DNA of 55,608 nt, filler included, from Sphacelaria rigidula (Eukaryota): assembly GCA_964200075.2 (NCBI GenBank). It is 5 parts of 5 records of this genome, joined end to end, with 100 filler letters (N's around TTAATTAATTAA, not from the genome) between each part and the next. Parts side by side here need not be neighbours in the genome. Positions count along the whole stretch, not along the records: positions 1 to 11,043 come from CAXNAA020005485.1; positions 11,144 to 22,185 come from CAXNAA020005486.1; 3 more parts are not named here. One strand, written 5' to 3'. Positions 1 to 12,069 of the stretch are shown here, in pieces. Positions within the stretch are counted from its first letter, which is position 1. Each line of letters begins with the position of its first letter. A program made the translations under genes and the position numbers. The notes beneath the pieces were generated by a model. The model saw nothing but the letters and a program-made list of their open reading frames with translations, was not told where the DNA came from and searched no databases.

Positions 1-88
1 GATCAACTTTTTTCTCCCTTTCGGGCAATCAGGCCGAAGGAATCGTGGATTTGGTGATTTTGAGTCGTGATGATTTGTCATAACCGTG
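1..88 (+). mobile_element. Truncated 3' end of the ~255-265 bp hAT-like MITE family (copy A)
   Basis: Matches the reverse complement of 3722-3810 and 5030-5120. Ends in the terminal inverted repeat (TIR) TGATTTGTCATAACCGTG. Cut by the contig start. Confidence 0.7.
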
Positions 89-1619
89 AATCATACAGAA
101 AACAGTGTTGGGAAGCCCATGGGCGAGAGGTTTGATCGTGCAGGTTATGTTCCGGGAGGCGTGGCGACCCCCAGGAATTTGAAGCAACGATGAAAAATGG
201 CTGGCGAAGAAGTGTGGTCTGGCTGATTCTTCTCGTCGTCACCCTCTTGAGACCGGATGGATGCCATCAGGCTCGGCGAGGAACGGAGATGCACCTTACA
301 GATCACGCCGAATATCACCCCTCATCCCAAAGCTGTTGACACGTTGATCAGGGGATATACGAAGCGTGACACAATTCACTGAAGGCCCACAGCGTAGCTC
401 TTGGTCGGCTGTTTAGTCGTATGCTTGATTTTGTTCCAATCGACGATGACTTGAAGCGGCATTATCTGTTTTTCAGATGTAAGCTTCAGTCAATCTCACC
501 GGCTTGGTGATAAAACGAAGTAACAAACTTTGACGCACATTTCATCTCTCCCCCCCCCCCCAGTATCGCATCAAAGCCGAAAATAAAGCATGGCCCCATC
601 ATCGAGGTATCTCTACTTCGAGATGCCCGTTATTTTTATTGCAACACTGATTTGCAGATGTATATATGAGGAACCTAGAGTTGAGGATGTCTATATATTT
701 CAGGGGGGCATTTCTTGAAATATTGAACGCTCAATGTATAACGGATGCTTGTCACAACCATGTGAGAAACGCGGACTTTCTTTCCGCTGACATGTTGCAT
801 GTACCGCGTCTCCAAGCCCAAACCAAATTTTTCATTTCCAGCCTTGCGGCCGCGCGCGATGAATTGTAAGGAGTTTGGATTAGCCATCTCGGGGCAGAAA
901 TCCCTATTTGATGGTGCTTTTTATTTTGTCTCGCCGCATTTTTTCGCGGATCATTTTTTTCACGAGATGTCCCTTCGAGTAATCTCACATCGTCCCGCAC
1001 TTTTCGTGGATTTGCACACTCTCATGCCAGCCTAGTCTTTATTTTATCCATAGTCGCAAGCCGCCGCCTCATGGTTTGCTATCTACAATGGATCAGCGCT
1101 CGTGATGTTCGAGGAGGTTCAAAATCTGTTGACGACCAACGAACCCCGACATGAGGCAGTATTGACTGATGCCGCGATAGCTGCCCCCCCCCCCCCCCCC
1201 CCCCTTTTGGACCCTCGATGGGGTTGGCGTCACTTGACGATGACGCTGTAAAACACGCCACTCACTGCGCGAGCTAGGCAATCAGGTTACCGGGGTTTTT
1301 CGGCTCGCTTGCGTTTTTTTTGCCGGTAACCATGATGGTGGTCGAGCTAGATCATGTTGTGCGGCGTGGGACAACCTCAACTCCACACAGAGGGGATGGT
1401 CATATTACGTAGTGGGCCCATGGTGAGACACCCAGGAGGCAGTGTAAAAGCCGTTGCTGTCTCTCAAGGTGTCAATACCAGATAATAAAGCCAACTCATT
1501 GCAAGCTGTCATCCAAATGCAAGATAATCAGTAGGCCTCGGGCCGAAGAATCTTGGCCGGATGCAGCTCACTCTTCATGCGACTCGGCCAACACACCTCA
1601 GCGTTTCGCGCTTGGTGAT

Positions 1620-1740
1620 TGAGTGCGAGCCTGGTCCGGCGAAAACCCGGCGTGCTCCGTCCCGGCCTCGTGGGGATGCGAGGTCAATGGTTTTATGACT
1701 ATGGCATGCCAGATCATAAGTACACCCCCCTCTCCTCGAG
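1620..1740 (-). repeat. Poly-G-headed dispersed repeat (core TTGACCWCGCATCCC..GACGGAGCAC)
   Basis: Reverse complement aligns with 21440-21545. The core is also present at about 22011 and 31932. Confidence 0.65.
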
Positions 1741-3721
1741 AAAACTGGCCGGTTCGACGAGGCCTGACCTGCATGTGAATCAAGATGATCAATAGCCGAG
1801 CACGCCGAAAAGCTGGTCATCCTGACGCTTGGAGTCGTTCCGGCCACAGTCGCCTACATAAGGCGCATCATGCAATCTGATACCAGCAACGGACTGTTTG
1901 ATCAATTTATCCCTGAAAGTTCTGGGGCTGGACTCTGGGTGGGGAGAATTGCGGCGTCACCCTACCGCGGCCTGAGATTAACCGTTGGACAGCAGAGCGG
2001 TCCGTTCGACTTGGCATATGCCATTTCGTGATCGATCATTCCTGGGGAGCCTGCGGAGAAGACACTCAACTCGTCGTGGCTATAGGGTTGGGAGACGGGC
2101 GTGGGCGGGGGGCGGTAGGCGGAGGTCGGGGCCTACAAGCTCACCCAAAATGTTCCGTAGATGAACCATTTTTTTTGCAAACGTATGCCCCGAGCGAAAT
2201 ATGGTGGATCCGGACAACACAGGATCGTGACCAATTGGGCACTTTTGGTCAGATGTCTTGTTTTATCACGTTCTTTTCACGATTGTCCTATCTCTGTCCT
2301 TGACGGCCGGTATATGCCATGAATCGGCACTAATCTCACTTGAAGAAGAGTGCATGATGGTCCAGATGACCTAGACTGGCGATTCAACTGATGGTCAACG
2401 CCCCCGGTCGATCTGCCGAGGCCATGTGTCATCAAGACCGAAAAAAATGCGGAAAAAAGAACAAGCTTCCGACAGCAGTAGGTGAATTTGTCGCCGGGCG
2501 GGGGTCTATGGTTGAGGCGACCTATTGCTTTGGGCGAAAGTTCATGATTGATTTTTTCGAACAAACCAACATCAACACACACACGAACACTAACCCCAAC
2601 CACGACCCAATGCGTACTAGACCCCGGGGCGAGGGGGTGCAAAGGTCTTGTAGGTGAAGTGTCCGTTGGAAGACCTCAAATCGACGCCGCGGGTGCAGAT
2701 TTGGACAACAACGGTCTGAACGAGCTGGGTCCACTGCTCACCTTCCCCTTACCATGGAATTATATCAAACTTTCTTCACACTGAAATCAAGCACTCATCC
2801 TGTCAACCATGAAGTTTCACCCGAAGCTAAAGGTCTACTGTTATGGTTGCGGCGACTACCCGGAATGCTACTCTTCGTCAACCGTTTTTTACTGGTCCCG
2901 ACACGATGCGGCCTAACTCGTTGGCTGCGAGCGGTGATCTATTTGTGGAGCGGCATCATTTCCATTCCTTTTCGGGTTAAAGTGACGCCGGTGCTCAATT
3001 GGACCACCGCTCACAGTCGAAGGGATGGAGATGTGTGTCTTCGGGCGTGTCTTGGCACATTTTTTTGCTACCGGAAAAAAAGCGCAGTGCATTTCATTTG
3101 AGCGAAATTCCCTTGTTTTCCTCGAGTTTGGTCTATGTCAATTTCCGAGCTTCTATCAAAAAGAAACGGCAGCGGAGTTCGTGAAACGATTCGAGTACTC
3201 GTTCACCTGTCTGAAGTACAGACAACACGGTACAGTTGTGGCTGAGTCCGTGTGTACGTCTTTCGTACAAGAGGAGGCCAAAGAGAAGAGGGCATTGTGT
3301 AGTGTACAGACAGCGCAGAACTATTTGTGTACTCTTTCCCCTCATTGCGACGCGAGATAGAAATCCACAACTTACAACGCTCCTAGCTTACATGCGACCT
3401 GCGTACACGCTTATAGCTTTGGACTGGCTGCACTGTTGATGAGCGTGTATACCAGACTAGACAATAGACGATAGATTCCATACTGTAAGCAGTACATTTT
3501 TTGACCGTGTATTCTCTTGTCTAAGGTATGGTGTATACATGTCGGTCCCTACCCTACCACGTCGGTCCGTCACCGATCCATGGTCAATGGGTTCAATGGA
3601 CAAAACATGTGCTGTATCAAGTATAGGTCTATTGCAACTATTGTCGGTTGATTGTAGTTGCAATATTCCTTTCCTGAATTCTCATCTTGTGACCATGTAG
3701 AGTCCAGAGGTGTGAGAATTG

Positions 3722-3977
3722 CACGGTTAGGACAAATCATCATGACTGAAAATCACCAAATTTACGGTTTCTTCGGTCTGATTGCCCAAAAGGGAGAAAA
3801 AAGTTGATCGCTTGTCCAAGGAGTATCCACGTAACTTTCGTGCCATTCCACGTGTCCGAACTGCGTGTACCTGGGTTGCAACGCTGAAAACAAAACCTAG
3901 GAATTGATTCGTACGAGTCAACTCATCATACTGAAACCGAGTAATCTACAGAGGAATCATTATTTGTCCGGCCCTTG
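3722..3977 (-). mobile_element. hAT-like MITE (copy B)
   Basis: Ends CACGGTTAGGACAAATCAT ... ATTATTTGTCCGGCCCTTG form imperfect TIRs. Colinear with 5030-5284. Flanks GAGAATTG/TAGAATGT (5/8 match, possibly a decayed TSD). Confidence 0.75.
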
Positions 3978-4142
3978 TAGAATGTGAAAGGTTCGGACGA
4001 ATTATTCCTTCGTTTCCCTCGTGTGTCCCTGGATTCTTTTTCGGTCTTTCATTATAAAATTGTTGCCGTCGGCCTTTGCTGCTTTCATCTTCTCTCTGTC
4101 GGGGCTTCTCATAATGAGACGTTTGGCCTGGGGATAGGAGGG

Positions 4143-4349
4143 GAAGGTTCCGAAAGGGTGATCGATTCGTCTGGAAATTACTCGCTTTCAGTGTAATTGA
4201 CTCGTACTTGACGAGTCAATCCTTGCGCTTTGTTTTCAGCGTTGCAACCCAGGCACGTGAAGACCTGTTTTTTTTCTCTCTTTCGAGTAACGAGGTCAAA
4301 AATTCCTGGACGCGGTGATTGGAACCGGCGATGATTTGTCCGAACGTTG
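4143..4349 (+). mobile_element. Internally deleted hAT-like MITE (copy C)
   Basis: Shares GATTCGTCTGGAAA, TTTGTTTTCAGCGTTGCAACCCAGG and the GATGATTTGTCCGAAC end with the other copies. An extra TIR-like motif lies at 3987. Confidence 0.6.
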
Positions 4350-5029
4350 AATGGTTAAATCTGATGGGGTTGCCGTTCATGATTAAATGGTTACTCATCC
4401 GAACAGATTTTTTTTCCAGGGATACTTTGATGAGAAAACACGTCAGCGAGTTGTTCATCGATCCAACATTAAAATATGATGGAACTGGTTCGATCGTATT
4501 TGTTCGTTCTGCATGACTCGGGTCCTGGCTGATTCGTAACCTTTCTGTAAGAAAATGGAAAACATGTTGAGCGGGGTACTTGTTCACTTGTCATCAGTAC
4601 CGACATTGCACTCATGTCTACGGTATGGTCGGTAATGTTTACATACATGTGTTACTGGTACAACAGCAGGATGTGGAGAAAAAGCAACCAACGAGTGGTA
4701 CAGACAGCACAAAACTATCATGTAACCCCTGCGTGCAGTGCGATTCAAAGGAGGGACTTGAACAACGTGCAGTTTTGTATGGCCGGACCTGTCCATGAAC
4801 GTTTACGGTGGTCCGTCGCCTACCCCACCACGCAGTTCCGTCGCCGACCCATACCGTGCTACAAACCAAGACGCTGAAGGTTTCGCCAACAAGCGAGAAA
4901 GACGCCATGCGAAGCTTGTGATGGTGCCTTTTCTCATTCACTGTAGTATGTGTCCCCATTTTCACTCTCGCGACTATCTAGTTGGAGTTGATTGCCTCGT
5001 TCGAATACTGAATCCCCTTGGAACCGTTG

Positions 5030-5284
5030 CACGATTAGGACCAATCATCACGACTCAAAATGAACAAATCCACGATTTCTCCGACCTGATTGCCCAAAAG
5101 ACAGAAGAAAGATGATCGCTGTCCAAGGGTTATCCACGCAACTTTTGTGCCATTCCACGTGTCTGCACTGCGTGTACCTGGTTTGCAACGCTGAAACCAA
5201 GCCTAGCGATTGATTCGTCACGAGTCGACTCATTACACTACAACCGAGTAATTCTCGGACGAATCATGATTTGTCCGACCCTTG
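5030..5284 (-). mobile_element. hAT-like MITE (copy D)
   Basis: TIRs CACGATTAGGACCAATCAT / ATGATTTGTCCGACCCTTG. 8-bp flanks AACCGTTG (5022-5029) and AACCGGTG (5285-5292) match at 7/8. Confidence 0.85.
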
Positions 5285-8200
5285 AACCGGTGACGGAACA
5301 GCGACGACTCATCATTGACGTTTTCCCGGGCGAAATTTGTTTGATATTCTAACATCGTTGATGATGCAGTCCATCAGAATAATGCACCACTCTACTGAAG
5401 TAATGGAGGCGTGCGTCGAAGGAGACGTGACGTTTTCCCTGTGGAGTTTGTAAATTGTCGCTTCCACCATCAACAGTTCCAGAAAGGCTCAACCCTTAGG
5501 CATCGAAAGAGGTGGGTGATCTGTTGAATCGGCATCATTTCCACTTGACCAAATCATGCCATGATACAGATGGACTCCGCCCCTCGCGGTCTAAGGACCG
5601 AGAGCATGGGAAGGTTCGTCGACGAAAAAGGTGGGCCTCCCGACGCGATCAACCCCAAGCAGATACTTCCGAGGGTGTTCCCCGTGCTCCATCTTCGAAC
5701 CGTCAAAATATTTATGGTTGCGGCGACCTATTGCTCCTTCCGGACGCTTTGTTTCCTCCTCCCCCCCTTTTTTTTTTCGCAGTAAGACTCAGCCCTAGGC
5801 CGCTGTCCACCTTTTGGAGCTTCGGCGTCATTTTTCGCCGCGAAGAGGCCAGACCGATTATAGCACCTTGAACTGCCTTGCTGTACCCTTCGAGACCGTT
5901 CCAGCACACCTGTGCATTTTTCGTGGTGGCCGCGTTTTTTCCCTGGCTAAACTTGAATAAGTACGAGCATATACAAAAAAAGATTTTCCAACAACGAATG
6001 GGTGAATACCGTAATATACGGTGAGATTGGATATTTGTTGTCGTACAAGTCACGCCATCTAAACTCTCCGCCACTGGAGCAGGGGAATGAATGTGAGGGC
6101 GGGAAACGAACCGAAGTTTCGCACGCCCTCAAGTAATGGCAGGCGATGGTTGCTGACTGCTCACGGCGACGACGGCGTACGGATGATGACCCTACTAATG
6201 GATGAATTTGTTGGTCACAATGGAGCCATCACCTGTGTACCCCTGGTGATATCTTGCCCTTATCGGCGGAGGTCGTGGCTGACTTTCCCCACTCCCCCTG
6301 CTAAAGCGGGTACCAAATCAGAGGATGTGAGGACCCAACTTCGATGATGATGCAGCCTTTCGGTTGGCTAGTATCGAGCAGGATACGTGTTTGGTTTGTA
6401 TTGGGCATGCTTTCGTGCAAGTAGCGCGAGAAACAGAGGAGACGGTTGACAGGAAACGCCCAACAACAAACGGATGAAATGTGTCGGTCTTGCCCTCGAC
6501 AGGTGGAAGGGTGGTCCAGAAATCTTCCGACGAGGTCGGCGCCAGCAACTGCTCCGGATGGTACACACACAGGGCCGGCTGCGGACAGCGACTACTATTA
6601 CTACTACTACGCGCCGACAAGTATTAACCCCCGCTTGGCCGGTGCACCCCGAGATGGTGTGGGTTCCAGAATGCTTGCGGTGAGTCGTTTTTGGAAGATG
6701 ACAAGATTTTCCGTAGTGATCACGGTGATGCTGAATTATTTTGAGCTCTGTGACCACGTTTTTTCCCTTGACCCTTGACAACATTGGTCAATCAATGACT
6801 GCATTTGACGAAAAAATTGCCGCGTAAAGTGTACCTCTATTGCAGCGTTTCTAGTTCGACAATCGTTGCATTAGGCCCATGCTTTCCGCTGTACATTTTT
6901 GTCCACTGCAACCGTTGATGTGTACTGTCCAAGGTGTGATGTATGCTACGCTCCTTTTTCCGTGTTTGAAATGGTCTCGTGTTTTATTTTCATGGATGAA
7001 TGATGCGAGTGTGTTTTTCTTTGTTACATGGCCGGAGCGTGAGGGGCTGAAGTAATGTACTCGAATTTTGTTCTGTGATGGCGAAGGACGGACGTGAAGT
7101 GGTTTTCTTGTTCACTTTTCACCACTTGCAGTGCTGATGATGGCTGTGGAAACAGAAATTGTGACGTCCCGGCTTGACGTCACAATGAGTTCTACGCGCC
7201 ACGGGGAATTCGTCGAGATGTTTGAAAAGAAGAGCGATACGGGTGGTGATCGTGGAAAATGCACTCGCTTGATTGATCGTTGATTCCGAAATTTTCCACG
7301 TCTGGCCTACATCAAGTTGTGACACGGGATCAATCGAGGAGGGTTTAGGCGTATTATTGCGCGTGCGATGCTGTCGTGACCGGGACTGCGCCATTGTAAT
7401 TGCGACGGGGACGTTTTTGGCTGTGAAGTAGGCGCTGACGAACAAGGCACGCCGTGATGGTATTGGTGCACGCGCAGCAGGGCCCTCTGCAGGGCGGGAT
7501 CTCTGTGGGGTGATGCAAACTGTCCAAGACATGTGTTGGCCATTTTCCCTGTTTGGGGATCAAAAAGTTGCTCAAACACCATGGAAGTGAACAATCCGTG
7601 GGCCAAAATCTGTTTGCCATAACATCCGGCCTTGAACTCATGAAAAAATAATCAAAAGCTTTCGGTGCCGATGTATGTTTTGTTTCATGCCTTATGCATT
7701 GTCCATACCAAAATTCAGGGTCCAACTCAAAATATTGGCGGGAGCATGAATGGGCCTTTAAAAAGCCGGGTCGGTAAGAACTCGGAACATTATTTCGCAG
7801 GCCACTCAATGGCGCATATTTGGTTGTCGTGTACTCGAATCTCGTGTGGGCGCTCTCTGAGGCTTAATTAACAAAACAAAGGGGGTCAGGTTGCTTATTC
7901 ATGTCTTTTTTGGTTCAGGGCGGTCTGATATGGTGGAGATCATTTCTTCACGAAAACGCCCCAACCTAAACGAAGAAGATGAGGGTCTGTTTTTTTCATT
8001 TATTCGGCAATTTTTTGTGGTTCCCCCACCAAAATTCCTCGCCATCCGCTAAATGCATCGATCGGGAGTTCCATATAGATTTCAGTATCGGCGCTATCTC
8101 CCTTGAATATAGGAATTACTAGACATGGGGTTTGATCAAGGAGGAAATATGGGCCCAGATTTTTGAGCAGCTGGGCACTTTCCCCTTGATTGGACGATTA

Positions 8201-10195
8201 ATACCATATGCAGATCACGGCCCAACTCGTTTGTGTCGATGAGATATCGCCTTGAGAGCTTCAATCCGTTTGTAGGCTGGCCCAGCCCGTACTTCACCTT
8301 ACTTTTCGCCCTATATGCATGCTTCGGTGCTTGACGGGTATTGCGGCACCGCCCAATGTTTAACGGCAAAAAGCAAGCGTGTGGTGTGCGAACTTCAGCG
8401 GTACCGCGACTTGGATGTGTGCCATGTTCGCAAGGTTGAGACACAGCGGTGTAGTGTTCTGTTTTTTGCAGTTTGCAGTTTGCAGTCGGAAAAGTTGTTG
8501 ACTCGAAAGATGTTCTCCGTAAATGAGGCCACCCCCCTTGCGCACCACAAGGTATCTTTGTTCCCCAGCCCCTAATTTCACGGAGTTATTTTCTGACTTT
8601 CGGGGAGTGAAGAGGGCGATTCAGCCATGAAACATCTCTTCGGGCAACCTTGTCCGAAAACGGGCTGTGGGCTGAAGGTAAGCCATGCCCCATCAGTCGA
8701 AGCCCACTGAAAACACCATTTCAGGCAACCCTGTCCGACAACAAACTCGGAACTAGAAGTCAGGCGTGCCCTATCAGCGAAGCCTACTCCAGAGTCATGG
8801 GTGGTCGGTGGCTTCCGAAAGAAGTGTGGAGCGATCACGAACGTTACGCGGTAGGTCAACATGTAGGGGTATATTGTTGCCAATATTCTCCTGAAGGCGA
8901 GGCCTGAGCTCGGAAGCATTCGTCAAAAATATGGTTGGGAAGATGGCGAGTTACGAGCAGCGGCATGTACATTGTGAGGCCAAGACAAAACAGCGAACTA
9001 CCACCACCGCAAGTATAAGACAGCACCACTTGCACTACATGCTGTGTTCATTGCTACACTTCAAACGTGTGCAGCGTGCTATTATTATCGACCGTGGTGA
9101 GTGTGCGCTTTGGTGGTAAACTACTGTACTGCCTGGCGGGTGTACTATACTAGCTAATTTTTTCTTCACTGTGTTCGTGCAGCTACTGTGTGCTTGTACA
9201 ACAAGGCGGTGGAGTGATTAAACCATGCATGTCGATCCTCCAACCTCCACCGATGTGCAAGTCCGTCAGTTCCACATTTTGCCGAATGTATTGGTTGGAA
9301 AGTAGTCACGTATCTGACCATCCTCGTGAAGATACAAAGATTTCGAGGTTGTGTCCTGTTGGGTACACCGTCTGAAATTAGTGCCTGAGTAAAAATGTCG
9401 AGAGGTGTGGTATGGATATAGGAAAACGCCCTTCTGAACCATACTAGACAGCATTAAGACAGCTCATGAGCTGCACGACGTGTGGAAGATTGGGTCCGAA
9501 ATCGTCAGTGTAGAGGTCTCCACTCCCAAAAGGGTCAACGGACCACCCTCGAAAATGCCTCATGGAACGTAAAGTGGGGCGGGAGGCAAATGACGGAAGT
9601 CTTTCGGTGCCATCTCATTATGATGTAGGGGTATTTGTTGTGTGCTTCCATTCAACACTAGAGCTCGAAAATGGTACCAGTTACAACCGGCCGTTGTCAC
9701 TATAATGGTGATGGTGACAATGGTTACATGAAAAAAGAAGGATAATGGTTTCAAAGCATCAATTACCGGAACCGACTTCATGAGCAGTTATCGGCCATGT
9801 GTGCTACAGCCTTTGAAAATTGCCCCAATTTGAACGTCTTGTTAGCTGCATTGAAGCCGAATCGCGTTCAAATGTGCCTCCAGCACGGCGTCTCCTGGAG
9901 GGCTCTCGGGGTGCGCACCTCCGGTGGGGCCCAATCTGCCGGGGGGGCTTTTCGACTCGCGGCTGCGCCGCTCGATGACCGCACCGTCATGTACCGTTGA
10001 CTTTTTTTATGGTTATGCCACGCGTAACCATGTAACTGGTTAATGATACCGAAATCTTGAACATGATGCAGCACATCGTTCGTGCCACTCGCCGAAGACG
10101 TCGTAACATTTTCGCGCTTGGTAACTGAGAGCCTAGCCCGGCGAAACCCCGGCTCGCACCATTTCGGTATTTCGGGAGTGTGACGTCAACGGTCT

Positions 10196-10440
10196 TGATT
10201 GATTGCCGCACTTTAAGTGACCCCCCAGGGGTCCAGCCGTGGTGTCATGATGGACGTACCCAAGACAAAACGAAACTGAAGCACTCTCTGGGAAAAAGAA
10301 GAGTCGACATGAGCAAAACACAAGAATAAATGGCCGACCTAAAACGAGAAAAGAGGGGAAAAGGGAAGTACAAAGCAAATAAAATAAAATACAAAGAAAC
10401 GATAAAGAAGAAAAAAAAAAAACAAGATGAAAAAAGGGGA
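10196..10440 (-). mobile_element. Probable 3' end of a non-LTR retroelement with (AATC)n tail
   Basis: (GATT)n, then CCCC..AGGG..CCAGCCGTGGT, then an A-rich tract. The same arrangement occurs at 44195-44420. Confidence 0.45.
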
Positions 10441-11043
10441 GAAAAGGTCCTATATCTGCGATATATGCTGGATCATGAGTACGGGCCCTCTTCATCTGTC
10501 GGGAAGAGGTCACGCTTTCACGGGATGAAAATCCATGTCTTCCCCGATATCTACGCGCCTCATTTGTGGGGTATCGCGGATTGGTCGGATCAAATTCCCA
10601 GCACCGATTCGACGACGTTTAACAAACCAGATTGTTTTCCTACCCATATCCCAATATTCCCTACCGCAGAAATCAGGTACTTTCCTTGTTTCTGAAAAAG
10701 ACAAGAACACGCATCTGCGGAAAAGCGATCCACACGGCTTTAAATCCTCCGCCCTGCCGACGCCAGTTCATCATTTTAATTTGGACCACCGGCGCGTGGC
10801 AGCGTACAACACGGAATGTGGATGGTGCAGATGATACCGGTACCAAGTTCTGGGCAGGACACTTGTCGCAACCCGCGTTATGGAGACGGTACATTTCGTC
10901 TCCCACATCGCCTGAGACCATCTTCATAACTGTACTCTTTTCCATGATGGTGTTGGAAGATGAGTCCACTCGACACCTGGAAAGTATTATTCTGCCCCAT
11001 GATTTCATGAGAAACACCCACACGCAACGAACAACAAACCACA

Positions 11044-11143
11044 NNNNNNNNNNNNNNNNNNNNNNNNNNNNNNNNNNNNNNNNNNNNTTAATTAATTAAN
11101 NNNNNNNNNNNNNNNNNNNNNNNNNNNNNNNNNNNNNNNNNNN
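11044..11143. other. Artificial contig spacer
   Basis: 44 N + TTAATTAATTAA + 44 N = 100 bp, with stops in all six frames. Confidence 0.98.
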
Positions 11144-11289
11144 TTCTTTATGCAGGGGCCGTTGATGTTTCAGGGGGTACCCCCCCCCAAAAAAAAAGAA
11201 AATACGTGGTAGCAGTCCCCCCCCCCCCCCCCCCCCCTCCCCCCAAATGCTGAAAACCCTTCGAGGATGTAGTATCAGGTGCATCACCC

Positions 11290-11660
11290 GTCAGAGGCAC
11301 TTTTTCCGATACATGCTCAACATCTGTTGGTCTCTAAATTATGTCGACGCCTTGCTATGTACAATCATTCTGGCATCGTTCGTGCTCGGCATATATCGTT
11401 GCAACAGCATATCCTGTTGTTTCTCTTGATACATGACCATTCACCGGCCGATATATCCATCGCCACACGTACCGAGACATAACGTACGAATGTCGGCATG
11501 ACCCACTTCACCTCGACGACGTAAACAACACGTGTATTGCCGTTATAATACTTCCAAGTGGATCACACACGAATGACATGTGTTGACCCGAAAATGTGCT
11601 GTTTTGAATAAGTAGGATGGGCATGTGATGTACATTTTCCCGACCGTCTACGGTGTAAAG
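11290..11660 (+). repeat. Old dispersed repeat; inverted copy at about 42990-43420
   Basis: CACCTCGACGACGTAAACAACA, GACCCGAAAATGTGCTGT and CCGACCGTCTA blocks match the reverse complement of 43000-43160 in the same order. Confidence 0.6.
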
Positions 11661-12069
11661 AGCTCGCGGTTACTACGGAATCAAATCCCTCGGTAACCTA
11701 CCACGGAAGACGCTGCTGTCGGCATTCCCTACGCGCAACGGCACTGTACTGTACTGTACTGTATTGTAAGTATGCATAGTGTGAGAAGGGGTTTCATACA
11801 TCGCGACCTCGACAGCCGTCACGCATTCGCATCCCCGACTGCGACAATGAAGGATGCAGAATTAGAGATGAGTCATGCACCATACGTAAAATATGCGAAC
11901 GTAAACATTCGACACCCACAAGAGAAAAGCGAACATCATTTGCAAGACCTCGGGGTTGTCTGGCTCACCACACCACACAATACAGAAGAGACCATTGTCC
12001 CATCACCACGTATACACCACTTCTGTGGGTCCCATTCATGCGAATCCAATGTGTCTTTTGGTTTTACCT

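Noticed and set aside
3722..5284. Integron/attC-like cassette array, or a repeated protein domain (NQFLGFVFSVATQV..)
   Set aside because: The copies have TIRs and 8-bp TSDs, frames are broken differently in each, and no recombinase or cassette ORFs are present. A MITE family explains it.
11088..11099. TTAATTAATTAA palindrome recurring every ~11.1 kb as a biological periodic site
   Set aside because: It is always centred in exactly 44+44 N, so it is an artificial six-frame-stop linker.
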